Numbered from the stretch's first letter, positions 13,258 through 24,581 are shown. The stretch is 64,000 nucleotides of DNA from Octopus vulgaris (GCA_951406725.2 OX597832.1:31000001-31064000); one strand, 5' to 3'. Made by a program: numbers and translations. Notes: a model not told the origin generated them from the sequence alone.

Positions 13258-13523
13258 CACACACACATATATATAAGGGAGGATTGGTTTAGCAGCAGAA
13301 TGACCAGAATCCTGATGTAACTCAGAGTAGTGGAAACAGGAATCTTTCTGTTATAATAATGTATTAAAGAATGTTCTACACTTAGGTATTGAGTCCTGTA
13401 ATTTATCACTTCTCAGTGAATCAAAAAATATATATATATACACACACACGCATTCACACACATATGTATTGAACTAGAACACATGTTCTTGAAAGCAACT
13501 GATCCATCTAAGTGAAAGGATAC
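12568..13523 (-). other. RCL1: U12-type (minor spliceosome) GT-AG intron, RCL1 intron 5 (956 nt)
   Basis: 5' splice site GTATCCTTT (13523-13515). Branch point TCCTTAAC (12584-12577) is followed by only 9 nt (ATTGGCCAG) to the intron end. No polypyrimidine tract. Confidence 0.95.
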
Positions 13524-13648
13524 GCAATTCCACGAATCTTCTTCACCCTTCCAGGGTCTGTGTATTGGATTGGTCGTAACTTTTGTTGACAAGGACAGGA
13601 AAACACTGCTTCACCCCCTCCGTCAGGAGCCGGGCCACGACGAGTTAT
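13524..13648 (-). CDS. RCL1: RCL1 exon 5 (125 nt)
   Basis: TGTAG|, ITRRGPAPDGGGEAVFSCPCQQKLRPIQYTDPGRVKKIRGI(A), followed by the U12-type donor |GTATCCTTT. Confidence 0.97.
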
Positions 13649-14444
13649 CTACAAGAAAGAATAGAAAGAAACAAATATAAGCATTATCTAGAGGTAGTGG
13701 GGGTGTGGTTAGGAAGCTCACTTCATGATCAAGAGGTTTTGTGTTCAATCCCACAGGGTGGCAAAACGGACAAGTGGCTTTTGTTATTGACCAATACTTT
13801 GGCAGTAGAATTTTGCAGAGAGAGACAGAAGGAAAGATATATATGAGTACGGAGATGTGGTGTTCGTGGGAGTGATAGTTGTGGAAGGCTGAGAGTTCCA
13901 TTTGCCATCAGGAAAAGCTATTCTGAAAAGAAGACTCATGGAGAAATGGTAAAATAGTGATATATATATATATGTCTGTGTGTGTGTGTGTGGTTGCATA
14001 TATTATTTTATTCTTTTACTTGTTTGAGTCATTTGACTGTGGCCATGCTGGAGCGCCATCTATAATTGAGCAAAACGACCCCAGGATTTATTCTTTGTAA
14101 ACCTAGTACTCATTCTATCGGTCTCCTTTGCTAAATTGCCAAGCCATGGGGGACGCAAACAAACCAGTCAATTAAATAAGTACCAGTGGAACTGGTACTT
14201 ATTTAATTGACCCCAAAAAGATGAAAGGTAAAGTCAACCTCAGTGGAATTTGAACTCAGACTATAGTCATGGGTGAAATACCCCTAAGCATTTCATGCAG
14301 CATGCTAACAATTCTGCCAGCTCGCCGCCTTCGAAGAATTTTTCCAACAGTCTGACCATTGTGCCAGCTTACTGTTGTTTTAATAATAATAATAATCCCA
14401 TTATTTACATTTGGTGGATATTTGTGCTCATCTTGTTTGTTGTT

Positions 14445-14490
14445 AACACAATGTTTCGGCTGATATACCCTCCAGCCTTCATCAGGTGTC
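14445..14490 (-). ncRNA. Minimal type-I hammerhead-ribozyme-like motif (Penelope-type repeat) in RCL1 intron 4
   Basis: GACAC-CTGATGA-A-GGCTG(10 nt)CAGCC-GAAA-C-ATT-GTGTT. Stems I and II and both core boxes are present. Stem III is degenerate. Confidence 0.65.
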
Positions 14491-15633
14491 TTGGGGAAAT
14501 TTTGAACCTGCGTTCTCATTCCTAAGGTATTTTTTCGATGTTATTATTATTCCACAGGCATATGGCATAGTGGTTAAGAGTGCGGGCTACTAACCCCAAG
14601 ATTCCGAGTTTGATTCCAGGCAGTGACCTGAATAATAATAATAACATTGAATGGTGCCTTTTAAGTGCCACTGGCACTGAAGCCGGTTAGCCGCTCTGTC
14701 AATGATCACACTCGTACGGTGCTCTTTGCACCCTGCTAGCACAGACGGCAGTCATCGAATTTGATTTCACTTGCCTCAACACGTCTTCGCAAGCAGAGTT
14801 TTTTAGTGTCCAAAGAAGGAAAATGTAAATAATTCCTCATCTCTTAAATATAGAACAGGAATAATAATCCCCTGGAGGTATGGAATGAATAGAAGTGAAA
14901 GGTGGGGCAGGGACACTGGGGATTCGGGTGGATTAGGGTTGTAGAAGTGTATGGGAGAGTGAGAGACGGGGAATGGGTGAGGTGGGGAGGGGAAATAAAT
15001 GAGGAGTAAGTGTTGAGGGGTTGATGTAGGAAATAGTGGATAAGAGGTGGGGGAGTGGGGGTGTGTGAAGAGCAGCAGAATAGTAATATTGATAGAGTAG
15101 ACAGGAGAAGGATGAGAGAATAGGTAAGGACAAGTGATTGGATGATAGAATACAAAAGAGTGGAAGGGGGAAAGGTAGACATAGTGCATGAGGTGGGGTG
15201 AGAGAGAGAGAGAGAGAGAGATGTAGGGTGGTTGAGGAGAGAGAACCTGGTGGAATGATCATTGTAAGATAGGGATGAAAAGGAAAGATTGAAGATGAAG
15301 GATGGAGATCGACGTAAAATGAGAAAATTTAGTGGAATCAAGGAAAATCTGCAATTAGAAAGGTAAGTGGTGAGGCTGTCTTGAGAAGGAAATCAGGTGA
15401 GGGACCCAGTTCTGCATAAATAAATACAGACAGACAATGCTTTGAGAAGTTGGCTTCACCGATTAGGCAGGTCATCTCAAGAACCACACAGCATTAGCCT
15501 TCTCAGTCCCTTGTCATCAGCCCCAGGAGGCTCAAGGTCCTAACATCAGCCCTCACCATATTATATCAGGCCTTCTTGGGTTTCCTTTCCTCATAAAATA
15601 CAAGAAAATCTAAATAAAAGTCTGCAAACTTAC

Positions 15634-15708
15634 TTTTAGTTCAAGATCCTCGTCTGTACCTAAGAATCTTTTTAGCACTGGTAAACTGGAGAACTTCATG
15701 TGATCGAC
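15634..15708 (-). CDS. RCL1: RCL1 exon 4 (75 nt)
   Basis: CCAG|, VDHMKFSSLPVLKRFLGTDEDLELK, |GTAAGT. Aligns to human VDVLKATALPLLKQFGIDGESFELK. Confidence 0.95.
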
Positions 15709-16438
15709 CTGGAACAGTAATTAGACCATCGTTAGTCAAATAGCAATTAATCAAACAGTAATGGAATGAGATGCCAATATAATTAATGTAAAGAAGAGGG
15801 AACTTAAAACTACGACCCACAGCAGGAAGGATTGTCCATCATCATCATCATCATCTGAATAACTTTGAGAAAGACAAGCGAGACAATTCCTCAGAATGTT
15901 CTTTCTTTCAGTCATTTGACTGCGGTCATGCTGGAGCACTGCCGTTAGTCGAACAAGTCAACCACAGGACTTATTCTATCAGTCTCTTTTGCCGAACCGC
16001 TAAATTATGGGGACGTAAACACACCAACATCGGTTGTCAAGTGATAGTGGGGGGGGGGGGGCAAACTGTCCCTTCATCTGCTAATTTATTCTGTTACAGG
16101 TACAACTGTATATTTGTCCAATCCAGATGATTTGTGGCCCAGTTTTGACCAGACACCCCACTCCATGTCACTGTCCATTAAGAGAATAGTTCTCGCTTTC
16201 TTCTCTTGTAAGTTGACCACCGGACATAGAGGAGGGGGTGTCAACAGCTGGTCTAACACAAGACAGCAGCAATCAGAACTGGAATGGTCAAGGATAGCCA
16301 AGTGAATAAGTGACCAGCATCCACACCAACCTGAGTGGGTAGGGGTGCGGTGTGCTAAACAGCATGGCTGCCAACCCTTGTCTTCCTGAAACTAATTAAT
16401 TAAAAAAGAAAATTAAATGAAAGAAAGAGTGAACTTAC

Positions 16439-16614
16439 AGAGGCATCATCTAAATTGTGGGTGACTCCCCGTAACACGACTTTGAGGGGTTTCTTTGCGA
16501 AGGGAGCCAAACAAAAGAGGGGTTCAATATAATAGCTAACGGCTCGGCCTATGCTGCATTCGTGATCGAAGCTTCCTCCAGAGAGCATACCCGGGTGGAA
16601 GAGAATGGTCGTTC
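16439..16614 (-). CDS. RCL1: RCL1 exon 3 (176 nt)
   Basis: CTGCAG| acceptor, GTTILFHPGMLSGGSFDHECSIGRAVSYYIEPLFCLAPFAKKPLKVVLRGVTHNLDDAS, donor |GTAAGT. Confidence 0.97.
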
Positions 16615-16964
16615 CTGCAGAAACACAAATCACAAAAGTCATTAACTTCTACTGGTTTAATATCAGTAACAGTTTATTAATGTGTTATAATATGTTTAAT
16701 AGTTTTTGTTAATTATAATTAAAAGTATGGTAATTATGATTAAATATTAACCGCAATGAAAAGATTGTTAATTATGAAAAAAGGTTGACCTGGGGCCAAA
16801 CAATAACATTATTTACATAATAAATATACAATTACTTAAGATATTAATTAGTAACACAATACTAATTGCAGACAGACAACACATTAAGAATTAATTACAC
16901 TCCTGCAACACATAATATACTAAGATGCTAATTAGACACACAAAGTTATTAATTTAATGCTTAC

Positions 16965-17036
16965 CTGTCTCGTTAATGACAACTTTAGAACCATTTGACA
17001 ATTTCTCCAGTAAAGAGATGAAAGAGAGTTCAAATT
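16965..17036 (-). CDS. RCL1: RCL1 exon 2 (72 nt)
   Basis: CCAG| acceptor, (E)FELSFISLLEKLSNGSKVVINET(G), donor AG|GTAAGC. Frame continuous with exons 1 and 3. Confidence 0.97.
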
Positions 17037-17568
17037 CTGGAAGAGAAGAAATGAACATATAACAACATGGGGCATAACAACGTGTGTGGGTGGGTGTGTG
17101 TGTACGCTTTTTGTTTGTTTGTTTGTAGGTTAATAAGGCTACCATTGGTTTCATATTGAGAGAAATCTCTCAACAATTATCAAGCCTTCAGCATAGAATG
17201 TGTATATATTGTTTTAGTCATTAGACTGTGGCCATGCTGGAGCACCGCTTTTAGTCAAGCAAATCGACTTATTCTTTGTAAGCCTAGTACTTATTCTATC
17301 GATCTCTTTTGTCGAACCGTGTGACGTAAACACACCAGCATCGGTTGTCAAGCGATGCTAGGGGGGAGAAACACAGACACACAAACATACATATATATAC
17401 ACGAAGGGTTTCTTTCAGCTTCCGTCTACCAAATCCACTCACAAGTCTTTCTATATATATATAAACACCCTTGTAATATGCGTGTCTACCTAAGGTGCGT
17501 GTATACGTAACATTTGTATACGCCTGTGTGTGCGTGTATATATATATATATATACATATATATGTTAC

Positions 17569-17701
17569 CTTGTAATCCCGGATTATCGTCCCGACTTCGT
17601 ATGTTTGTTATCCTCACCGATTTCCCACTCAATATCGACAAAACCAATCTCGGCCGAAAGAAATTGCATCCTTCGTATTCCAACAACTTCTTTTCAGACA
17701 T
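17569..17701 (-). CDS. RCL1: RCL1 coding exon 1 (133 nt)
   Basis: ATG at 17701. Encodes MSEKKLLEYEGCNFFRPRLVLSILSGKSVRITNIRSRDDNPGLQ, matching the RCL1 N-terminus (human YAGCNFLRQRLVLSTLSGRPVKIRKIRARDDNPGL). Donor AG|GTAAC, phase 1. Confidence 0.97.
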
Positions 17702-18333
17702 TTTCCTCTCAGGCACGTGTTGTTCAAACGGTGTCAACACAGAAACGGTGTCACCCGTAATCAAACCACTCTTTGAAATTGTACCCGATTCGTCTATCTC
17801 TCCTTATACCGTTTCCCTTCCTTTAATAAATTCTTTTATTAAATGCAGTTGTTTAACCCCGAGATCACTTCTGATCGAGCTTCCTTGTGTGATTTGAGTA
17901 AGATCTGCAAGCTAATTTATTTAATAATTTCAGATAATTATAAAAAACATAAACACTTCATAAGCGGTAATACGATGTTTTATTTTATTTTATTTTATGT
18001 GTTATTTACTTTGCTAAGTAGTCGTTGTAGGATCGACTCGTCATGACTAGCGAGTGCGCGCACCGAGACCACTGTTCTCAAGTAGTACCAATAATTTTTT
18101 AAAACAAAGTAAATAAAACACAAAAACACAAAGTAAAGATCGACTTGTCACGATTACGTAGCGCGGATGCGCGCACCGGGACCACTCTTCTTAAACAGTA
18201 CCTTATTTATTATTGGTTTGATTTTTACAGATTAAAATTAATCCCCATGTGTTAAACCCGACCGCGGAGAGTATAAACAAACTTTATACTCTCCGCAAAG
18301 TGGCAAGCACTGGCTCAGAGAAAATTCCGGGCG
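17702..18333. promoter_or_regulatory. Bidirectional promoter and 5' UTR region shared by RCL1 (-) and METTL4 (+)
   Basis: 632 bp between divergent ATGs. Locally CpG-rich, free of SINEs and microsatellites, and contains two TGCGCGCA-bearing repeats. Confidence 0.8.
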
Positions 18334-18552
18334 ATGAGTATAATCTGCCGAAACGAGCAAGGCTGGGTGGTTTGCCATTCTAAAGCTGTCCAAGATGTAT
18401 ATAGACGTTGTAGAGAAGAACCACCCGGTTCTAGTACCCGGTCTTACAGATGGAAAACAGACATGTTTAAGATTCATTCACCGTTTCTTATGGATACACA
18501 ATTCCTCAAATTACGATCCGATCCAGGTGAACATCGACCGCAGATTAAGAAG
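18334..18552 (+). CDS. METTL4: METTL4 (MT-A70 family N6-adenine methyltransferase) coding exon 1 (219 nt)
   Basis: MSIICRNEQGWVVCH...WKTDMFKIHSPFL...QIKK resembles human METTL4 MSVVHQLSAGWLLDH...FRPELFDVTKPYI...GKK. Donor AAG|GTATT, phase 0. Confidence 0.82.
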
Positions 18553-19016
18553 GTATTTAGATATACATGTGTGTGGCAGAATCGTTTATATATACATGTG
18601 TGTGGCAGAATCGTTAGCACGCCGGGCGAAATGCTTAGCGGTATTTCGTCTGCCGTTACGTTCTGAGTTCAAATTCCGCCGAGGTCGACTTTGCCTTTCA
18701 TCCTTTCGGGGTCGATTAAATAAGTACCAGTTACACACTGGGGTGGATGTAATCGACTTAATCCGTTTGTCTGTCTTTGTTTGTCCCATGATTTATATAT
18801 GCATGTGCATGTGCTTGTGCGCCTGGGTGTGTCTGTGTATTTATGTACGTAAGCATTTATGATAACACGTAAAATACGCGCGTTTCTGTTTATACTTGTA
18901 TATATGTTCACTTCTGTTTACATAGACATCTCTATGTGCAAGTGTGTAGTTGCTTTCTTCGTGTGTTTATGTGTGTGTGTGTGTGTGAAGTGTATCGGGT
19001 GCAACTCATGACATAA

Positions 19017-19510
19017 GTGTCCCCCATTTCTCGGTGATAGAGCGGGATTTGAACTCGACCGTGGTTTGGTTTCACCGATCCAGGTAGGATGAGCGTCAAA
19101 GTTAACTTTCATCTTTTGGCCAGGCCCTCATCAACTTTTTCGAGTTCCACTTGAAAAGGAAAACGAAGGTGGAGTGGTAAATGCTGTCTCCCAGCAATTT
19201 TGTGGATAGGTGGGTGAATACGGCAAGAATGGCCCGAGTGGATGGTCCTACACACAACATGTGCCTGTAGGTTGAGGGAAGATGATGTGGAGAGGGCAGT
19301 TGCCCTAGTGGTCGGGGCAACGGGGGTTTTGTGGGGTCTCCACACGAGCAGCTCTTGGAAGTCTTCCTCTTGTCAGGAGTTTATTCATTCTTAGGATTTA
19401 TATTGTTGTTTGTTTTCTTTTTATATGCTTCTTTTCTATGCAACTCCATGTTGTATTGTCCTATACCGTCTCCAGTGTATTTTGTGAACCCTTAGTGATG
19501 AATAAAGAAA
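19017..19510 (+). mobile_element. 3' end of an L1/Tx1-type LINE in METTL4 intron 1
   Basis: Remnant ORF2 C-terminus (ALINFFEFHLKRKTKVE...FVDRWVNTARMAR), a T-rich 3' UTR and a terminal AATAAA. Confidence 0.55.
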
Positions 19511-19590
19511 TGGTGGGGATGATGATGATGATGATGGTGATCATCATCATCATCATTATTGTTTTATATATATATATTTTTTTTTTGTAG

Positions 19591-19653
19591 AGAAAACGCA
19601 GAATTTCTGACTTGAATGTAGGAGAAATTCAGGCGAAAGAATATCACGAGAAA
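19591..19653 (+). CDS. METTL4: METTL4 coding exon 2 (63 nt)
   Basis: Poly-T tract plus GTAG| acceptor, RKRRISDLNVGEIQAKEYHEK, |GTAAGT donor. Aligns to human METTL4 KRKRCVVFNQGELDAMEYHTK and is in frame with exon 1. Confidence 0.88.
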
Positions 19654-20057
19654 GTAAGTGAATTTATATGAAACTTTGAATTCTGTTGGTGTGGTGAGAG
19701 ATAGATAGATAGACAGCGGGATAGAGAGAGAGAGAGAGAGAGAGCGTGTGTGTGTGTAGAGAGAGAGAGAGATAAACAGAGGGAGAGAGAGAGCATGTGT
19801 GTGTGTGTGTGTATACCTCTGAGAATATGTTGGGAGGAGTGCTGGAATTTCTGAATTAGAAGTGAAGGAGGAAGAAAAGGTGTGCATGCATGGCTATGTG
19901 GTTAAGAAGCTCGCTTTGCAACCGTGTAGTTTTGGGTTCAATCTCACTACGTGGCACTTTTGACAAGTGTCTTTTGCCATATGTTTCTCTGGGCTGACCA
20001 ATGCCTCCAGTGAATTTGGTAGGTAGAAACTGTATGGAAGCTGGTCTTGCGTGTATG

Positions 20058-20111
<54 letters not shown>

Positions 20112-20360
20112 ATGGGTATAAGAGGAATCAACTGTAGCATGCAAGAGAGAAGACTATGTTGGTTTGGACATGAGATGCGTATGAATGAGGACAGCTGCAT
20201 AAAGAAGTACCGGTCACTGAAAGTGGATGGTACCCGTGGAAGAGGGAGTCCCAGGAAGATGTGGGATGAAGTGGTAAGGACCGATCTCAGGATGTTGGGC
20301 CTCATGGAAGAAATGACAATGGACTGAGATGTCTGGCGATATGAGGTTCTTGAGAAGACC
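20112..20360 (+). mobile_element. RTE-clade LINE 3' fragment
   Basis: ERRLCWFGHEMRM...GTRGRGSPRKMWDEVVRTDL is a typical RTE ORF C-terminus. Confidence 0.85.
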
Positions 20361-20721
20361 CACCCACGTCAGCGAAACTGAGTTCTAGAAGTGCTGTGTG
20401 TCCCACCAAGACTAACAAGAAAATATCTCACACACCCTACCACAACAAACCAAACTACGTCTCTACATCTCTTCCTCACACTTCCACTTCAGGCATTAGG
20501 CTTACCTCCCACTCACCCATCCTGTCCTCTTGGCCCTGTGCCATTGTATCATTGCTCTCTGTTAGCTTCTGACCTCTGGGTTCCAACCATGCCCTGTTTC
20601 ACTATATCATTGCAATTGCCCGGCACTTTGCCACCATCTCTATCCTATTGTCTCCACACACTCTCTCTCTCTCTTTTTCCTGCTCTTCCTTCCTGATCTC
20701 TCTCTCTCTCTCTCTCTCTCT

Positions 20722-20825
20722 GGAGGAGGTAGTGCTACCCTGGGTCAAGAGGGTGGATGCTGCAAGACCCTATGTCTAGCAACAGGACTCTGCACCATGC
20801 CACACAAGCAGGAGGACCCAGTCAC
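20722..20825 (+). mobile_element. Short Tc1/mariner transposase fragment
   Basis: EEVVLPWVKRV...YV*QQDSAPCHTSRRTQ (second catalytic Asp motif). Confidence 0.65.
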
Positions 20826-23247
20826 GGTATCCCTGTTATCGGGGCGGAGATGGTTCTCCGCAAATACGATCCCCTGAGTCAGACTGGCTGTTCCAGCGCA
20901 TCTCCTTCCCCATCTCCCAGGACAACACCTTCTCCATTTGTATCCGCTGGAGGCATGGCACACACTGACAATTCTTATGCCCCTAAATTATAATGTCTAT
21001 TAACATAACATTCTACTCCCGGGACCGGAGTGTTTGAACGGAAACTTAATAGTAGAAGGTATAATAATGGTGGCAGCAGCGGCGGCGGCGGGAGCGTTTT
21101 CAGGGGAAGTAACTCACTCCGTGCAATCTTCGTAGTTATTTCCCTTGAAAGTTTTGTTCTTCGTAAAAGGGAAGAATTTGTTGGATTTGATGCAGAAATT
21201 CTGTTGGTTGTGAAAGATTATTGCTTGGTGGTGGATGTCATACGCAGTGAAGTGTTGTTCTCACATTAGCCTTGATATAATGTCCGTAACCAGAGTTCAT
21301 ATACAAGGGTGAGGTGATGACTCTGAGCATTGCTGTATTAATCTAGAAATAGCTGCTTACTGGGCGAAATTGTTGGTGGACAGGTGTAGAGTAATTATTC
21401 CTATTTGGATACGGTACCTGACAGTTTGGTGAACAGACTTGTGGATGATTATGGCATGACAATCGTCATCATCGGAATTTATTGAGCCAGGTATTCTTCA
21501 GCTGGATGCCTTTCTTATTTCCAAGAAAGGTAATATTTCCCCAAGGCCAGACATGTTTTCATGGCAGACTAGAAAGAGACCACCTCGCTTGTAGGACAGT
21601 GATGCTTGTTTACAACCATTACATGATGTGAAGACAAGGGTACACACACACACACACATACATACATGTGTGTTTGTGAGAGTAGCCATGTATCTACTCT
21701 ACAGCAAGACACCTATATCTGTCCATCTATGTCTTCAGTCTCTCATCAACTGGCACAAAGCCTCACCTACCTCCCAGTTGTAGTGTGCTTTTTGTCTTGC
21801 GAGGTACTTGGTAACTCTTTCGGTACTGGTGTCACATAATAAGCACCCACTCTGTAAAGTGGTTAGTGTTAGGAAGGGCATCCAGCCATAGAACCCTTGC
21901 CAAAGCAGACAATGGAACCTGTTACGCTCCCCATCCCAGCCTTTGCCAGCTCCTCTCAAAACATCCCACAAATGCCAGCATGGAAAACAGATGCTGATGT
22001 TGATGATGATATACGAAAGGCTTTTTTCAGTTTCTATTTGCCAGATCCACTCACAAGGCTTTGGTCAGTGTGAGGCTATAGTAGAAGACACCCTCGTCCA
22101 ATGGAACTGAACTGAAGACCAAGTTTCCTAACCACACACCCACACCTGCACCCATACGGCCATTCATTGACCTGCTGCCTATTTTCACCAACAGCTATGT
22201 GGGGAAAAGGGGCCAATACAGAAGCCAAAAGTTAAATGACGATTATTATATGTATATACAGACATGTATGTGTATGTATGTATATGTTTCTATGTATGTA
22301 GGCACATGCGTGACTGTGTAATAAGTAGCTTGCTTTCCAGTCACAATTCTAGATTTGATGGACAAAAACTTAAAAAATACCCATCATATATATGTGTGTG
22401 TGTGTGTGTTTGACCTTCCTTCACAGCTTGACAACTGGTGTTGTTTTGCTTACGCCCCTGTAACTTAGCAGTTCAGCAAAAGAGACTGATAGAAACAGTA
22501 TCTGGCTTAAAAATAAGAACTGGGTAGATTAGATTGGGTTAAACCCTTCAAGGCAATGCCCCAGCATGGCCACAGTTGAATGGCTGAAACAAGTAAAAGA
22601 CGTTTCTATGGAATCTCCCGTCAGAGACGAAGCTTCAGTGTTCCGGTCTTTCCTGAAAGATCCACACAAAGGATTTCTTTATGGCAACCGAATGTTTGTG
22701 TTGCACATAAGGCACACTCTCTCTATCAAATTGATATTGTCTGTACGGGTGGCACAAGTGTGCCACCTGTGAGATGTTGAGATGATTGCAGAGCAATTTG
22801 GGATGTGTTTTATTCAAGAATGATTTCTTTACTACCCACAAGTCGCTAAATACAGAGGAGACAAACAAGGACAAACAAAGGGATTAAGTCGATTACATCG
22901 ACCCCAGTGCGTAACTGGTACTTAATTTATCGACCCTGAAAGATGAAAAGGCAAAGTTGACCTTGGTGGAATTTGAACTCAGAATGTAACGGCAGATGAA
23001 ATACGGCTACGCATTTCACCCGGCGTGCTAACGTTTCTGCCGGCTTGCTGCCTAAGAATGCAATGTGCCACCTGGCCTGGGAATCGAACCCACGATTCTA
23101 GTGCTTGTGAATGTACCACCCTAACTGCTTGGGCATGTGTTTTCGTATCCCTTCGCTTTCATCACCCACTCTACATGTTTGCCTTGGTAATGCTTTTTTC
23201 TTTTTCACACAAACACACACACGCATGCACCTGTAGACATATTTAAT

Positions 23248-23291
<44 letters not shown>

Positions 23292-23875
23292 CTAGATACG
23301 CAGATGCCTAAACACACATTACTCACAAGGTTAAGAATGTGAACAAGTAAGAAAAAGTCATTTACCCCTCCCCCCGCTTCTTACCCCCCCACACCCTTCC
23401 TCTATAAAGTTTGTATTTGTGACCAATTTACTATAAATATTGTCTATTGTAAACAAGGTGTATGTATGCATCTACACCTGTCTGTATGTCTGTGTAAACA
23501 TATTGTAGTTGTGAATATGTGTTTGTTTAAGCATATATATGAGTGCATGTGTGTGTGTGTGTGTGTGTGCGCTCACATATGTGTATTATCCATATATATA
23601 TACATATATATACATATATATACGGTATATATATATATATATAATTGTTCTTGAGGGTGACAAGTTCATGGGAATATAGCCAGGTCACTCACTTGTGTTA
23701 TATTAGACACATGGTTGAGAGCGTGAGTATGATGTAAGAAGTCTGCTTCTGAAGCTCATGGCTCTGGGTTCAATCCCATCGTGTGACACCCTTGGTAAGT
23801 ATCCTCTACTACAGCCTCAGGCAGACCAAAGCCTTGTGAGTGGATTTGGTACATGGAAACTGAAAGAAGCCTGTC

Positions 23876-23928
<53 letters not shown>

Positions 23929-24043
23929 CACACTACAGTCTCGGAGTTGGCGTTAGGAAGGGCATTGCCAGATCAGATTGGAGCTAACTGTCCAACCTAT
24001 GCCAGCATGGAAAACGTATGTTAAATGATGATGATGATGGTAG

Positions 24044-24085
<42 letters not shown>

Positions 24086-24179
24086 GTAGGGGTAGAATTC
24101 ACAAAAAAACAAAAGACGAAGACAGGTGTTGTAGACAACAAACAGATGTATTAGTATAACGCTTGGGAAGTGAATAAAG

Positions 24180-24217
24180 TCTTTAACGTTTCGAGCCTAT
24201 GCTCTTCCACAGAAAGA
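24180..24217 (-). ncRNA. Variant minimal hammerhead-like motif
   Basis: TCTTT-CTGTGGA-A-GAGC(ATAG)GCTC-GAAA-C-GTT-AAAGA. Perfect stems I and II, palindromic AACGTT, but core A6 is replaced by U. Confidence 0.5.
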
Positions 24218-24536
24218 AACAACGAGAGAAAATAAAGAATGTGTAGTGGCTAGTGATCTATCATATATATGAGAGGTATTGATATGTAGAAGACCTAAAG
24301 ATTGGCAGGTAAGGACTATGGAAGGACTATGGAAGGACTACGGAAGGACCGTAGTTAAACTCTCAGTTTGATAATAATACGAGTGAGGAGTCTAATGTGG
24401 GTCTTGTATGAGCATGTGTATGTTAAATAAAATGAGACAACAAAGCCAAGGCTGTGAGGGGAAGATTTTCAGGACATTTATAAAGAGAAAGGTAGTCTAA
24501 ACTCACTTCCTCTTCGTAAATGTCATTTTATTTAAC

Positions 24537-24581
<45 letters not shown>

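Noticed and set aside
17702-17764. N-terminal extension of RCL1 (MITGDTVSV...) from the ORF track
   Set aside because: It starts at TTG, has an in-frame TAA further upstream and shows no RCL1 similarity. The ATG at 17701 matches the homologous start.
18395-18862. 155-aa plus-strand ORF overlapping METTL4 exon 1
   Set aside because: It is in a different frame and runs through a SINE. Only the 18334 frame gives METTL4-like motifs and joins exon 2 in phase.
24330-24372. (AAGGACTATGG)x3-4 short tandem repeat
   Set aside because: It is a small local slippage duplication with no supporting context.
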